From Bacilli bacterium (GTDB lineage: Bacteria; Bacillota_I; Bacilli_A; ML615J-28; CAG-698): a stretch of DNA of 64,000 nucleotides. Each line of letters opens with the position of its first letter. The first letter of the stretch is position 1. Shown in pieces: positions 49,513 through 60,096 of this stretch. Under the pieces are notes generated by a model. That model searched no databases. It saw nothing but the letters and a program-made list of their open reading frames with translations, and had not been told where the DNA came from. A program made the translations under genes and the position numbers. The stretch lies in contig JBMNLZ010000002.1 in the NCBI GenBank assembly GCA_050953065.1, positions 64,001 through 128,000 on the forward strand. The letters run 5' to 3'.

Positions 49513-52146
49513 ATGTCGAACAAAAAATTTGTCTATATGTTTTCAGAAATAGACGGTAGTATGAGAAACCTAATGGGTGGAAAAGGAGCAAACTTAGGTG
49601 AGATGACTAAACTAGGTTTACCAATCCCACAAGGTTTTACAGTAAGTACAGAAGCTTGTACATATTACTATGAAAGCAAGAGATGTATTTCTGAGGATAT
49701 TAAACAAGAAATTAAAACAGCTATGGCCAAGTTAGAAAAAATTACTGATAAGAAATTTGGTGATCCAAGTAATCCGTTACTTGTTTCTGTTAGAAGTGGT
49801 GCTAGAGTTTCAATGCCAGGAATGATGGATACAATTCTAAACTTAGGTTTAAATGATGAGGTTGTAGCAGGACTTGCTAAAAAAACTAATAATCCAAGAT
49901 TTGCATATGATTCATATCGTAGATTTATTCAAATGTTTGCTGATGTTGTTAAAGGATTATCTAAAGCAAGATTTGAAGAAATCATTGATGAAATGAAAAA
50001 AGCAAGAAATATTAAAACAGATACTGAATTTACTGATGCTGATTTAAAAGCAATGATTACTAAATTTAAAGATTTTTATAAAAAAGAAATGAAAGAAGAT
50101 TTCCCAACAGATCCAACTGAACAACTGTTTGGAGCAATTACAGCTGTTTTTGAATCATGGGAAAATCCAAGAGCTGATTATTATAGAAAAATGCATAGTA
50201 TTCCATCTAGTTGGGGAACAGCTGTAAATGTTCAATCAATGGTTTATGGTAATATGGGCGAAACATCAGGCACAGGTGTTGCTTTTACAAGAAACCCTGC
50301 AACTGGTGAAAATAAACTTTATGGTGAATATTTAATTAATGCTCAAGGTGAAGACGTTGTTGCTGGAATTAGAACTCCAGAACCAATTGCAACATTAAAA
50401 CAAGTTATGCCTGAAGCATATGATCAATTTGTTGAACTTAGTTTAAAATTAGAAGATTATTATAAAGATATGCAAGATATCGAATTTACGATTGAAGATG
50501 GTACATTATATTTACTTCAAACAAGAAGTGGTAAAAGAACTGCTAATGCAGCATTAAGAATTGCAGTTGAAATGTATGAAGCAGGATCTATTTCAAAAGA
50601 AAGAGCATTAATGCTAGTTGATCCTAAACAACTTGATGCTTTACTTCATCCTCAATTCGATCAAAAAGCCTTAAAAGCAGCTACTGCAATTGGTGAGGGA
50701 ACTGCAGCAAGCCCAGGTGCTGCTTGTGGTGTTGTAGCATTTAACGTTGAAGAAGTTGTTGAAAGAGTTAAAAAAGGTGAAGAAGTTATTTTAGTAAGAC
50801 TTGAAACTTCTCCAGAAGATATTGAAGGAATGAACCTTGCAGTAGGATTCCTAACTGCAAGAGGTGGAGCTACATCTCATGCTGCTGTTGTTGCTAGAGG
50901 AATGGGTAAATGTTGTGTAGCTGGATGTCATGGATTGAATGTTGATGAGGCTAATAAGAAATTTACTTTAAATGGTAAAACTTATAAATCAGGTGATTGG
51001 ATTTCACTTGATGGTTCAACTGGATTAGTATATGGTGAAAAACTTCCAACTGTTCAAGCTGAAATTTCAGGTGACTTTGAAAAGTTTATGAAATGGTGTG
51101 ATGAAGTAAAACGTTTAACTATTAGAACTAATGCTGATACACCAAAAGAAGCTCAACTTGCAAGAGAATATGGAGCTCAAGGAATTGGATTGTGTCGTAC
51201 TGAACATATGTTCTTTGAGGCTGATAGAATCCAAGCAATGCGTGAAACAATTATTGCTGATACTTTAGAACAAAGAAGAAAAGGATTAGCTAAACTATTA
51301 CCAATGCAAAGAAAAGATTTTGAAGAAATCTTTGAAGCAATGGGTAACTATCCTGTTACGATTCGTTATTTAGATCCTCCTCTACATGAATTCTTACCAA
51401 ATAATGATGAAGATATTAAAACAATTTCTAAAGAAATGGGTGTTCCTTACGAAGTGGTTAAAAACAAAGTTCAAAGCTTACATGAATTTAACCCAATGTT
51501 AGGACATCGTGGATGTAGATTATCAATTTCATATCCTTGTTTTGCTGAAATGCAAACAACTGCTGTAATTGAAGCATACATCAATGTCTTAAAGAGAAAT
51601 CCTAATTATACAGCAATGCCAGAAATTATGATTCCTTTAGTTGGTGATGTTAAAGAATTAAAATTTGTTAAAAACGTTGTAGTTAATACTGCTAATGCAC
51701 TTTTAGAAAAGCATAATATCAAAGCTAGATATCAAGTAGGAACTATGATAGAAATACCTCGTGCAACATTACTTGCTGATGAAATTGCAAAAGAAGCTGA
51801 CTTCTTTAGTTTTGGTACTAATGACTTAACTCAAATGACATTTGGATTTAGTAGAGATGACTCTGGTACTTTCTTAGCAAACTATTATGAAAAGAAAGTA
51901 TATGAAACAGATCCTTTCGCAACAATCGATGTTAATGGTGTTGGTAAATTAGTTAAGATGGCAACTGATTTAGGTAGAAGTGCTAAGAAAGATTTAAAGA
52001 TTGGTGTTTGTGGTGAACACGGTGGAGATCCTGCATCAATTGAATTCTTTGATTCAGTAGGACTTGATTATGTATCTTGTTCTCCGTTTAGAGTACCAAT
52101 TGCTCGTTTAGCTGCTGCTCAAGCTGTTATTAAAAATAAAAAGTAA
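49513..52146 (+). CDS. ppdK: pyruvate, phosphate dikinase
   Basis: Start MSNKKFVY; GGKGANL, SMPGMMDT, GGATSHAAVVAR, GTNDLTQ, GVCGEHGG. Confidence 0.97.
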   Translation: MSNKKFVYMFSEIDGSMRNLMGGKGANLGEMTKLGLPIPQGFTVSTEACTYYYESKRCISEDIKQEIKTAMAKLEKITDKKFGDPSNPLLVSVRSGARVSMPGMMDTILNLGLNDEVVAGLAKKTNNPRFAYDSYRRFIQMFADVVKGLSKARFEEIIDEMKKARNIKTDTEFTDADLKAMITKFKDFYKKEMKEDFPTDPTEQLFGAITAVFESWENPRADYYRKMHSIPSSWGTAVNVQSMVYGNMGETSGTGVAFTRNPATGENKLYGEYLINAQGEDVVAGIRTPEPIATLKQVMPEAYDQFVELSLKLEDYYKDMQDIEFTIEDGTLYLLQTRSGKRTANAALRIAVEMYEAGSISKERALMLVDPKQLDALLHPQFDQKALKAATAIGEGTAASPGAACGVVAFNVEEVVERVKKGEEVILVRLETSPEDIEGMNLAVGFLTARGGATSHAAVVARGMGKCCVAGCHGLNVDEANKKFTLNGKTYKSGDWISLDGSTGLVYGEKLPTVQAEISGDFEKFMKWCDEVKRLTIRTNADTPKEAQLAREYGAQGIGLCRTEHMFFEADRIQAMRETIIADTLEQRRKGLAKLLPMQRKDFEEIFEAMGNYPVTIRYLDPPLHEFLPNNDEDIKTISKEMGVPYEVVKNKVQSLHEFNPMLGHRGCRLSISYPCFAEMQTTAVIEAYINVLKRNPNYTAMPEIMIPLVGDVKELKFVKNVVVNTANALLEKHNIKARYQVGTMIEIPRATLLADEIAKEADFFSFGTNDLTQMTFGFSRDDSGTFLANYYEKKVYETDPFATIDVNGVGKLVKMATDLGRSAKKDLKIGVCGEHGGDPASIEFFDSVGLDYVSCSPFRVPIARLAAAQAVIKNKK

Positions 52147-52191
52147 TTAATGAAAAAAAGATATCTTTTTTAAAGATATCTTTTTTTATTT

Positions 52192-53526
52192 TTATAATAT
52201 AAATATTAGTGTTGCTATTCCAAAATAAATCATTAAAGCAAACAAGTCATTTAGTGTAGAAATAATTGGTCCTGATGCAATTGCGGGATCGATTTTCATT
52301 TTTTCTAAAATAATAGGAATAAAAACACCAATAGCTGCTGAGACAAACATTCCACCAATTAGTGATGTAGCGATTGTTAGTGCTAGTAACAATTGACTTT
52401 GAGTTCCCATGTTGATGAAACTTAGGATTCCATATGATATTAAGAAACCAGCTATTCCTACAGCAATACTATTTAATACTCCGATTCCTAATTCTTTAGC
52501 AATGTGTTTTTTCTCAGCACTTTTTTCTTCTAACTCATCTTTATTTAACTTTAAAATTGTTACTGCAATTGACTGTGTTCCGATGTTTCCAGCCATACCT
52601 AAAATCATTGGTTGAAACATTATTAATGCAACTACTTCAATTAGTGTTCTTTCAAACACAGATAATAACACGGCTATTACTAAGTTTAATAAGACAGAAA
52701 TTAATAACCAAGGAATTCTTTGATAGGCTCTAACAAAAGCATTTGATGATTCATCATAATCTCCAACACCAGCCATTTTTTTAATGTCTTCTTCGTATTC
52801 TAAAACCATTTTATTTAAAATATCATCTGCTGTAACTATTCCAACAACTTGCATATTTTTATTTAAAACTGGTAGTACATTTTTAGCATAATTTTTAAAT
52901 TTTTCAAAGCCTGTAGTTATTGAATCTTCTAACTTTAAGTAATTATTATCATTATGTGTGATGCTTTCAAGTGAATCACTAGCTCTAGCACTTACTAAAT
53001 CTTTTAATGTAATGCTACCAATTAAAACATTGTTGTCATCTACTATAAAAAGATGATCAATAAAGTCGCTATCTTTTGAGTTGTTAATTACATAAGCAGT
53101 TGTTTCTTTAATGTTTGAGTTTTGATTTATAGTTACAAAATCAGTGCTCATTATTGATGCGATAGCCTCATCATCATAAGTCATTAATAATTTAAGTTTT
53201 ACTTGTTTAGTTTTTGATAATAAATTTATTAAATAAGTTTGATAATCTTCTTCAAAACTTGTAATGAAGTATTTTAAATCATCCATTTCAAATTCGTGTA
53301 GAAAACTTTTCTTTTGGTTTTCGGTTAATAGGTTAAAATAATTCCTTGAAATTTCTTCTGGTAATTCTAAAAAAACTTCAATCGTTTTTTTAAGAGACAT
53401 TAGTCTAATAAAACGCATTTGAGTATCACTTGTTGCATCTCTCATTATTTTAGCGATGTCATATGGGTGCATTTTAGCTAAAGTTTTCTTTAATTGGGCA
53501 TCATTTAGAATTAATAAATCTTTCAT
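52192..53526 (-). CDS. mgtE: magnesium transporter MgtE, paralog 2
   Basis: MgtE_N, CBS pair, R.PWL, GMAGNIGTQS, DPAIASGPIISTLND. Confidence 0.92.
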   Translation of the reverse strand: MKDLLILNDAQLKKTLAKMHPYDIAKIMRDATSDTQMRFIRLMSLKKTIEVFLELPEEISRNYFNLLTENQKKSFLHEFEMDDLKYFITSFEEDYQTYLINLLSKTKQVKLKLLMTYDDEAIASIMSTDFVTINQNSNIKETTAYVINNSKDSDFIDHLFIVDDNNVLIGSITLKDLVSARASDSLESITHNDNNYLKLEDSITTGFEKFKNYAKNVLPVLNKNMQVVGIVTADDILNKMVLEYEEDIKKMAGVGDYDESSNAFVRAYQRIPWLLISVLLNLVIAVLLSVFERTLIEVVALIMFQPMILGMAGNIGTQSIAVTILKLNKDELEEKSAEKKHIAKELGIGVLNSIAVGIAGFLISYGILSFINMGTQSQLLLALTIATSLIGGMFVSAAIGVFIPIILEKMKIDPAIASGPIISTLNDLFALMIYFGIATLIFIL

Positions 53527-54828
53527 CTAAACCACCCCCAATAATAAAGTAGCAAACCCGAAATAAATGATTACACTAGTAATGTCTATTAGTGTAGAAA
53601 TAAATGGGCTTGAGGCGATAGCTGGATCTATGTTTATTTTATCCAGTGCAATTGGAATAAACAGTCCAAAAATAGGTCCTATAAGGACGGTTAAACTTAA
53701 TGAGATAAATACAACTAAAGAGACATTTAATGGTTGTTGAACACCGATTACTTTAGAAATAACATAAGAAACTGCGCCAGCAACAATTCCAAGTATTATT
53801 CCGTTAATTAGTCCAGCTAGTATTTCTTTAGTACCATTTTGTAATGCTTTTTTAGAATCTTTAGTCAGTAGTCTTAACGTGACCGCTAATGTTTGGCTTG
53901 CAACATCTCCACCGGTGTCTAGTATTAGTGGTTGGAATAAAGCAAGTATTGCTACAGAAGTAATTACTTCTTCAAAACTACTAGTTGCTATTGCAATTGG
54001 CATTGATAGAATCAATAATAAGATTAGCCATGGTAATCTTTTGGCTGCTGATTTTATTAACCCTTTTGTTTTTGTATCTGGAAGAGCAGATAGTTTTTCA
54101 AAGTCATCAAGAGATTCTTCGTGATAAATTTCAATAGCATCATCGATTGTTAAAACACCAATTAGTTCAAACTTTTTATTTAAAACAGCCATTTCATATA
54201 GTCCATAGTTTTTCATTTTATGAACTGCTTCTTCAATATCATCAGTATCTAGAGCATAAGGACTTAGTTTAGTAATATCGTCAATATATGAAGGAGCTTT
54301 TGTTTTAATTAAATCTCTTAATATGATACTACCTTTAAATTTGTTTTCTTCATCCACAACAAAAATATGATTTAAATTGTCAACGTCTCCAGCTTCTTTA
54401 ATAACCTTTTTAGTAGCAGTTTTAATATCCATTCCTAAATTAAGACTGATAAAACTATCAGACATATGAGCTCCTACTTCATCTTCGTCATAATTAAGTA
54501 CTTGGGAGATATGTTTTTCATTTTCTAAAGCATCAAGTAATTCTTCATTATCTAAATGAACAATGATATCAGCAGCATCATCAAGCTCTAATGTATCCAT
54601 GATATTTTTTTGAACACCAAATTCAAAATCATCAATTACATCAGCTGCTTCTTCAGGTTCCATAAAAGCAATAATTCTTCCGATTTCTTCTTCTGGAATT
54701 AAAGAGTAGAATAAATTTTTTTCTTCTTCATCTAATTCTTTTATGGCCTCTACAATATTATAGGGATGCATTTTTTCTAAATGCTTAAGCAAAGCTTTTT
54801 TATCTTTTTGTTTAATTATTGCTTTCAT
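53527..54828 (-). CDS. mgtE: magnesium transporter MgtE, paralog 1
   Basis: CBS pair, RLPWL, DTGGDVASQT, DPAIASSPFISTLID. Confidence 0.9.
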   Translation of the reverse strand: MKAIIKQKDKKALLKHLEKMHPYNIVEAIKELDEEEKNLFYSLIPEEEIGRIIAFMEPEEAADVIDDFEFGVQKNIMDTLELDDAADIIVHLDNEELLDALENEKHISQVLNYDEDEVGAHMSDSFISLNLGMDIKTATKKVIKEAGDVDNLNHIFVVDEENKFKGSIILRDLIKTKAPSYIDDITKLSPYALDTDDIEEAVHKMKNYGLYEMAVLNKKFELIGVLTIDDAIEIYHEESLDDFEKLSALPDTKTKGLIKSAAKRLPWLILLLILSMPIAIATSSFEEVITSVAILALFQPLILDTGGDVASQTLAVTLRLLTKDSKKALQNGTKEILAGLINGIILGIVAGAVSYVISKVIGVQQPLNVSLVVFISLSLTVLIGPIFGLFIPIALDKINIDPAIASSPFISTLIDITSVIIYFGFATLLLGVV

Positions 54829-55063
54829 ATTAAAACTCCTTTCTAAAATATTATATTACTCTTTTAGTATACCATAAAATATATTTTAATTATATGCATA
54901 AAATGAAAAAGGTTTATCTTGTTCTTAAATATAAGGTTTTATTTATGTTTTGCTACCCTCTCAATTTTTGCTATGTAAAAAAGACATCTTCTAATATTAG
55001 AAGATGTTTTTAATAAATAAAACAATTAAAAAACCTAGGAAATTTTTTCCTAGGTTTCATTTT

Positions 55064-56443
55064 TTAAAACTCACAATTTTTTGGTGTTCTTGGATATGGA
55101 ATAACATCTCTTATGTTTTCTACTCCAGTAACATACATAATTAGTCTTTCAAAACCAAGACCAAATCCAGCGTGTTTTACTCCGCCATATTTTCTTAAAT
55201 CTAAATACCATTCCATTCCTTCTTCTGGGATGTTCATTTCTTTCATACGTTTGCGTAATAAATCAAGGCGCTCTTCTCTTTGGCTTCCACCAACTAATTC
55301 ACCAGCTCCAGGAACAAGTAAATCCATTGCGGCTACAGTTTCATTATCATCATTTAATCTCATATAGAAAGCTTTAATATCTTTAGGCCAATTTATTACA
55401 AAAACTGGTGCTTTAAAATATTCATCAGTTAAATACTTCTCATGTTCAGTTGCAAGATCATCACCGTATTTGATTTTGTTTTCAAAAGATTTATTTGATG
55501 TATTAATGATATCAATTGCGTCTTTATATTCACAAACTGCAACTTTAGAATTAACTAAATCTTCAAGTTGTTTAATTTTTCCTTTTTGAACAAATTCATC
55601 AAAGAATTTAAGTTCGCTTTGTGCATGTTCTAAGATATAAGAAATAACATATTTAAGCATTCTTTCAACTAAGTCCATATCATCATTGATATCAGCAAAA
55701 GCAATTTCTGGTTCAATCATCCAGAATTCTGAGGCATGTCTTGTAGTGTTTGAGTTTTCTGCTCTAAATGTTGGACCAAATGTATAAACCTTTTTAAAAG
55801 CTAAAGCAAATGTTTCTGCTTCTAATTGACCTGATACTGTAAGGTTAGCAGCTTTTCCAAAAAAGTCTTTTGAATAATCAACTCCCTTTTCTCTAGTTAA
55901 ACGCTCTAAATCAAGTGTAGTTACTTGAAACATTTGACCTGCTCCTTCGCAGTCGCTAGCTGTAATGATTGGAGTATGAACATAGATGAATTCTTCTTTT
56001 CTAAAGAAATCATGAATTGCATAAGCAAGTAGGCTTCTAATTCTAAAAACAGCATTAAATAAATTAGTACGAACTCTTAAGTGAGCTTGCTCACGCAAGA
56101 ATTCTTTAGAGTGTCTTTTTGGTTGAATTGGATAGTCTTCAGGACAATCTCCGCTTAAAATGATTTTAGTGGCTTTGATTTCATATGGTTGATTAGGGTT
56201 GTTTGTGATAACGATTGTTCCTGATACAGTTAGAGCGCTTCCTGTTCTAAAGTGTGCAACTTCTTCAAAGTTATTTAAAACTTTATCATAAACGATTTGA
56301 ACATTATTTAATGTAGAACCATCATTTAAATTAATAAAGCCAAATTCTTTTTGGAAACGGTTTGTTCTAAGCCATCCTTCAAGAGTAACCTCACTTTGTA
56401 CATTTTGATAATTTTTGTTTAAAAAGCTAATTGTAGTTTTCAT
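55064..56443 (-). CDS. asnS: asparagine--tRNA ligase
   Basis: DCEGAGQMF, LTVSGQL, FRAENSNTTRH..EFWMIEPE, GGSQREER. Confidence 0.97.
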   Translation of the reverse strand: MKTTISFLNKNYQNVQSEVTLEGWLRTNRFQKEFGFINLNDGSTLNNVQIVYDKVLNNFEEVAHFRTGSALTVSGTIVITNNPNQPYEIKATKIILSGDCPEDYPIQPKRHSKEFLREQAHLRVRTNLFNAVFRIRSLLAYAIHDFFRKEEFIYVHTPIITASDCEGAGQMFQVTTLDLERLTREKGVDYSKDFFGKAANLTVSGQLEAETFALAFKKVYTFGPTFRAENSNTTRHASEFWMIEPEIAFADINDDMDLVERMLKYVISYILEHAQSELKFFDEFVQKGKIKQLEDLVNSKVAVCEYKDAIDIINTSNKSFENKIKYGDDLATEHEKYLTDEYFKAPVFVINWPKDIKAFYMRLNDDNETVAAMDLLVPGAGELVGGSQREERLDLLRKRMKEMNIPEEGMEWYLDLRKYGGVKHAGFGLGFERLIMYVTGVENIRDVIPYPRTPKNCEF

Positions 56444-56463
56444 ATTTATTCTCCTTATATATT

Positions 56464-56697
56464 AAAAAACGTCCTTGAAATTAATTCAAGGACGAAAACT
56501 TTTCCGCGGTACCACCTTTGATTCATCTATTTATATATAGATGCACTTTATTTCTTTTAACGCAAAGATTACGGTTAGGTCTACTTTAATTTCTTCTAAC
56601 AGCTCCAGAGTGTTCTTTCATTAAACTAATGCATAAGTTCTCACTATCCTTATGTCACTTTCTCATTAGACTTTAATTACTCGTCTCTTTCATAGCA
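56464..56697 (-). promoter_or_regulatory. T-box riboswitch leader of asnS (specifier AAC = Asn)
   Basis: Minus strand: GAAAG-AAC-ACTCT specifier (56612-56614); T-box AAAGGTGGTACCGCGG; terminator CGTCCTTGAA-TTAAT-TTCAAGGACG-TTTTTT. Confidence 0.93.
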
Positions 56698-56880
56698 ATC
56701 AAATTTTACTAAATAATAAAGTTAAAGTCAACTAAATTTTAAAAGATAGTTTGATATTTGCTTTTTTTAAAAATTATTAGTGATAAATAAATTAGTATTT
56801 TGGTGTGGCATTTTCAAGCAAGATATGGTATAATTAGAAACGATTAAGAGTTATTATTAAAATAAATAGGAGAGAAATTT

Positions 56881-59766
56881 ATGGCGTATAAAGCTTTATA
56901 CAGAACTTATAGACCACAGAAATTTTCTGAAGTTGTTGGTCAAGAAGTGATTGTAAAAACCTTACAAAATTCCATAAAAGCAGGTAAGATATCTCATGCA
57001 TATTTGTTTAGCGGTCCTAGAGGGACTGGTAAAACTTCTATTGCTAGAGTTTTAGCTAAAGCTCTAAATTGCCCAAACGCCAAAGATTTTGAACCTTGTG
57101 GTGTATGTGAGGTATGTAAAGAGATTTCTAATAGTACATATCCTGATGTAATTGAAATTGATGCTGCTAGTAATAATGGTGTTGATGAGATTAGAGATAT
57201 TAGAGAAAAGGTGAAGTTTTTACCAAGTGGTGCTAAATGGAAGATATATATTATAGATGAGGTTCATATGTTAACTACTAATGCATTTAATGCATTATTA
57301 AAAACATTAGAAGAACCACCAAAACATGTTATCTTTGTTTTAGCAACAACTGATGTACACAAAGTACCAGCAACTATTATTTCAAGATGTCAAAGATATG
57401 ATTTTAAAACTTTAAGTGTTAATGATATTAAGGCTACTTTAGCCTCAGTTGCTAAAAAAGAAAAAGTTCAAATTGATGATGAAACTTTAATGACAATTGC
57501 TGAAAGTGCTGAAGGTGCTTTAAGAGATGCTCTAAGTATTTTAGAGCAAGTTATTGCGTATTCAAATGAAGTTGTTACATTAGATGATGTTAATAATGTT
57601 ACAGGTAATCTATCAAGTGATAAGTTAATTGAATTAGCAGTTAATTTTGAAGAAAAAGAAGTTAATAAAGCACTTAATACAATTGATGAGTTAATCTATT
57701 TAGGAAAAGAAGTTCGTCGTATTATTGCAGGTTTAATTCAACTATATAGAGATATCTTAGTTTATAAAAACATTGATACTCAAGAAATGAGTAAATATGT
57801 TTTTGAAAAGAAAGAATTTCAACTTCTAGCAAAAGCTCTAACAACAGACAAAATCTTTTATTATATAGATGTTTTAAGTGATGTGCAATCTAAGATTAGA
57901 TTTACTAATAATCCTCAAATCTTTTTAGAAGTAGCAATCATTAAAATGATTCATGTAACATATGAAGAATTATCAGTTGTTCAAAGATTAAATGAATTAC
58001 AAGAAAAGTTAAATAATTTAGATGGTTATACTCCTCAATCATTTGCTCAAACTCCAAGTGTGGTTAAAGATGAAGTAGTATATGAAAAGATTGAAACACT
58101 TGATAAAGTTTTAGCAAGCGTGAGAAGTGAATTAAGTAAACTTGATTTACCTAGTGTAATTAATAAAGTTAACAAACTATCAAGTGAAGAAAAAGAAGAT
58201 GAGATTAGTTTAACTAATGTAGAACTGTATGAAGAATTACAATTATTAAAAGCAACTGTTAAATCTATTCAAAATCAAGCACCTCAAACAAGTAGTGCTC
58301 CAAAAGAAGATGTTTTAAATCATGCTGAAAAGATTCTTAATTTAGAAAAACAAATTAGAATAATTCAAAATACAAACGTTGAAGAAATTTGTAGTATGTT
58401 AGAAGTTCAACTAAGAGAAACTAAAGAAGAATTTAGTAATGCAAGAAAAGAAGTAGCAAGATTAAAAACTATAGTTGATAGACCAACTCCACATGGCACT
58501 ACAAAAGTAGTTGGTGAAATCAATCAAGATTTAGTTGAAAGATTAACTAAAATAGAAGCACGAATTGAAGAGTTAGCACGTGGGGCTTTGGCTTACTATA
58601 GTCTATATTTAGATCAAGGTTCTAAGAAAAATAGAATCAAAGAAGTTAGAGGTCAAATGATTCTATTTAGCGATGAATTAGTTGAGGCTAAAGAATTAAG
58701 TAAAGATAAAAAGCCTGTTGAAGAAATAGAAGAAATAGAAGAAAAAGATGAAACTTATTCTGAAGAATTAGATGGTCAAGAAGGCTTAACAGAAGAAAAA
58801 GAAGAAACAGTTGAAACAGTTAACGAAATAAAAGAAGAACAACCAAAAGAAAAACCTGCTATAGAAGTTAAAAAGAAAGAAGAGCCTAAAGAAGAAGAAG
58901 GACCAAAAAGTCAAATAGTTGTTACTCCTCCTCGTGAAACTTCATTTAATTCTACTTTAGAAATATTAAGATTAGAAAGATTAGAAAAAGCTAAAAAGGA
59001 ACAAAAAAAATCAGGTGAAGTAAAAGAAGAACCAAAAGAAGAAAAGACTTATTCAAGTAATATTCTTGAACCAAGAAAACAAGCAAAACCAGAAACAAAA
59101 CCTGACGAAAATAAAAAAGAAGAAACTCAAAAATCAGCTCTTGAAATATTAGATTGCTTACCAGAAGATGACTTTGCAAGTCATATTGAATACTCTAATA
59201 AAAAGAAAGAAGAAAAGGATGAAATAGTTTGGAAGTCTGTTGAATTAGAAAGTGAATCAAAACCAAAAGATGTTGATTTTGACTCTTATAATATTAAAGC
59301 TTTAGAATATATTTTAAATACTGCTTTATCTGAAAAAGCAAAAACTGATGCTAAAAGAGTCAAAGAATTATGGAAAGATTTATCAAAAAATATTGATTCA
59401 AATGATTATGGTGTAGTTGATTTATTAAAAGATGCTAATATCGCTGCAGTAGGTGAAAAGGCTATTTTACTTGTTTTTGAATCATATGGAACTAGTAATA
59501 ATGTAATGAGTCCTAGTTTTAAAAAACGTGCAACTTCTATAATTTGTAAGACTTTATTAGGTAAATATGATTACTTTGCATTACCAAAAGTAGTTTGGGA
59601 AGAGAAAAGAAAAGAATATTCAATACAATATAAAAACAAAGTAAAAGACCCAAAATTAGAAGAGTTTAACGATAATAAATTAGTTCTTCAAAAAGAATAT
59701 AAAAAGATAGAAGAAGATGAAGAAAGTGATATCGTTGAACAAATTTATGAAGATATTTTTAAATAA
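56881..59766 (+). CDS. dnaX: DNA polymerase III subunit gamma/tau, unusually long
   Basis: ALYRTYRPQ, GPRGTGKTS, zinc module, EIDAASNNGVD, IDEVHML, SRC; followed by ybaB-recR. Confidence 0.95.
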   Translation: MAYKALYRTYRPQKFSEVVGQEVIVKTLQNSIKAGKISHAYLFSGPRGTGKTSIARVLAKALNCPNAKDFEPCGVCEVCKEISNSTYPDVIEIDAASNNGVDEIRDIREKVKFLPSGAKWKIYIIDEVHMLTTNAFNALLKTLEEPPKHVIFVLATTDVHKVPATIISRCQRYDFKTLSVNDIKATLASVAKKEKVQIDDETLMTIAESAEGALRDALSILEQVIAYSNEVVTLDDVNNVTGNLSSDKLIELAVNFEEKEVNKALNTIDELIYLGKEVRRIIAGLIQLYRDILVYKNIDTQEMSKYVFEKKEFQLLAKALTTDKIFYYIDVLSDVQSKIRFTNNPQIFLEVAIIKMIHVTYEELSVVQRLNELQEKLNNLDGYTPQSFAQTPSVVKDEVVYEKIETLDKVLASVRSELSKLDLPSVINKVNKLSSEEKEDEISLTNVELYEELQLLKATVKSIQNQAPQTSSAPKEDVLNHAEKILNLEKQIRIIQNTNVEEICSMLEVQLRETKEEFSNARKEVARLKTIVDRPTPHGTTKVVGEINQDLVERLTKIEARIEELARGALAYYSLYLDQGSKKNRIKEVRGQMILFSDELVEAKELSKDKKPVEEIEEIEEKDETYSEELDGQEGLTEEKEETVETVNEIKEEQPKEKPAIEVKKKEEPKEEEGPKSQIVVTPPRETSFNSTLEILRLERLEKAKKEQKKSGEVKEEPKEEKTYSSNILEPRKQAKPETKPDENKKEETQKSALEILDCLPEDDFASHIEYSNKKKEEKDEIVWKSVELESESKPKDVDFDSYNIKALEYILNTALSEKAKTDAKRVKELWKDLSKNIDSNDYGVVDLLKDANIAAVGEKAILLVFESYGTSNNVMSPSFKKRATSIICKTLLGKYDYFALPKVVWEEKRKEYSIQYKNKVKDPKLEEFNDNKLVLQKEYKKIEEDEESDIVEQIYEDIFK

Positions 59767-59781
59767 AAAGGAGAATAAAAA

Positions 59782-60096
59782 ATGAACCAACAAGCAATGT
59801 TAAAGAAAATAAAACAAATGCAAAAGGAAATGACAGATACTCAATTAGAAATTGAAAATACTGTTTTTGAAGCAAATGTTGCAGGGATTGTTACAGTTGA
59901 AGTGATGGGTAATAAGCATTTACAAAAAGTAATTGTTGATAAAGATTTTGAAGTTGAATCAGCTGAGGATTTTGAAATGCTTTCTGATTCAATTGTTGCA
60001 GCTTGTGCTAAAGCTTATAAAGATATTGAAGAAGTAACTGAAGAAAAGATGGCGAAATTCCAAATGTTATTAAATGGAATTCCTGGGCTTTTTTAA
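59782..60096 (+). CDS. ybaB: YbaB/EbfC nucleoid-associated protein
   Basis: MLKKIKQMQKEM, GIVTVEVMG, EMLSDSIVAA; lies between dnaX and recR. Confidence 0.9.
   Translation: MNQQAMLKKIKQMQKEMTDTQLEIENTVFEANVAGIVTVEVMGNKHLQKVIVDKDFEVESAEDFEMLSDSIVAACAKAYKDIEEVTEEKMAKFQMLLNGIPGLF

Noticed and set aside
54829-55063. M-box (ykoK) riboswitch upstream of mgtE
   Set aside because: Only two simple terminator-like hairpins are visible; no M-box conserved motifs were recognised.
56700-56880. SRP RNA (scr/ffs) upstream of dnaX as in Bacillus
   Set aside because: The region is AT-rich promoter DNA with no GC-rich SRP domain IV hairpin.
59003-59010. A8 run in dnaX as a slippage/frameshift site giving a gamma subunit
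   Set aside because: A-runs are expected in Lys/Glu-rich, AT-rich coding DNA; no stimulatory hairpin is seen and the site is far from the usual gamma end.
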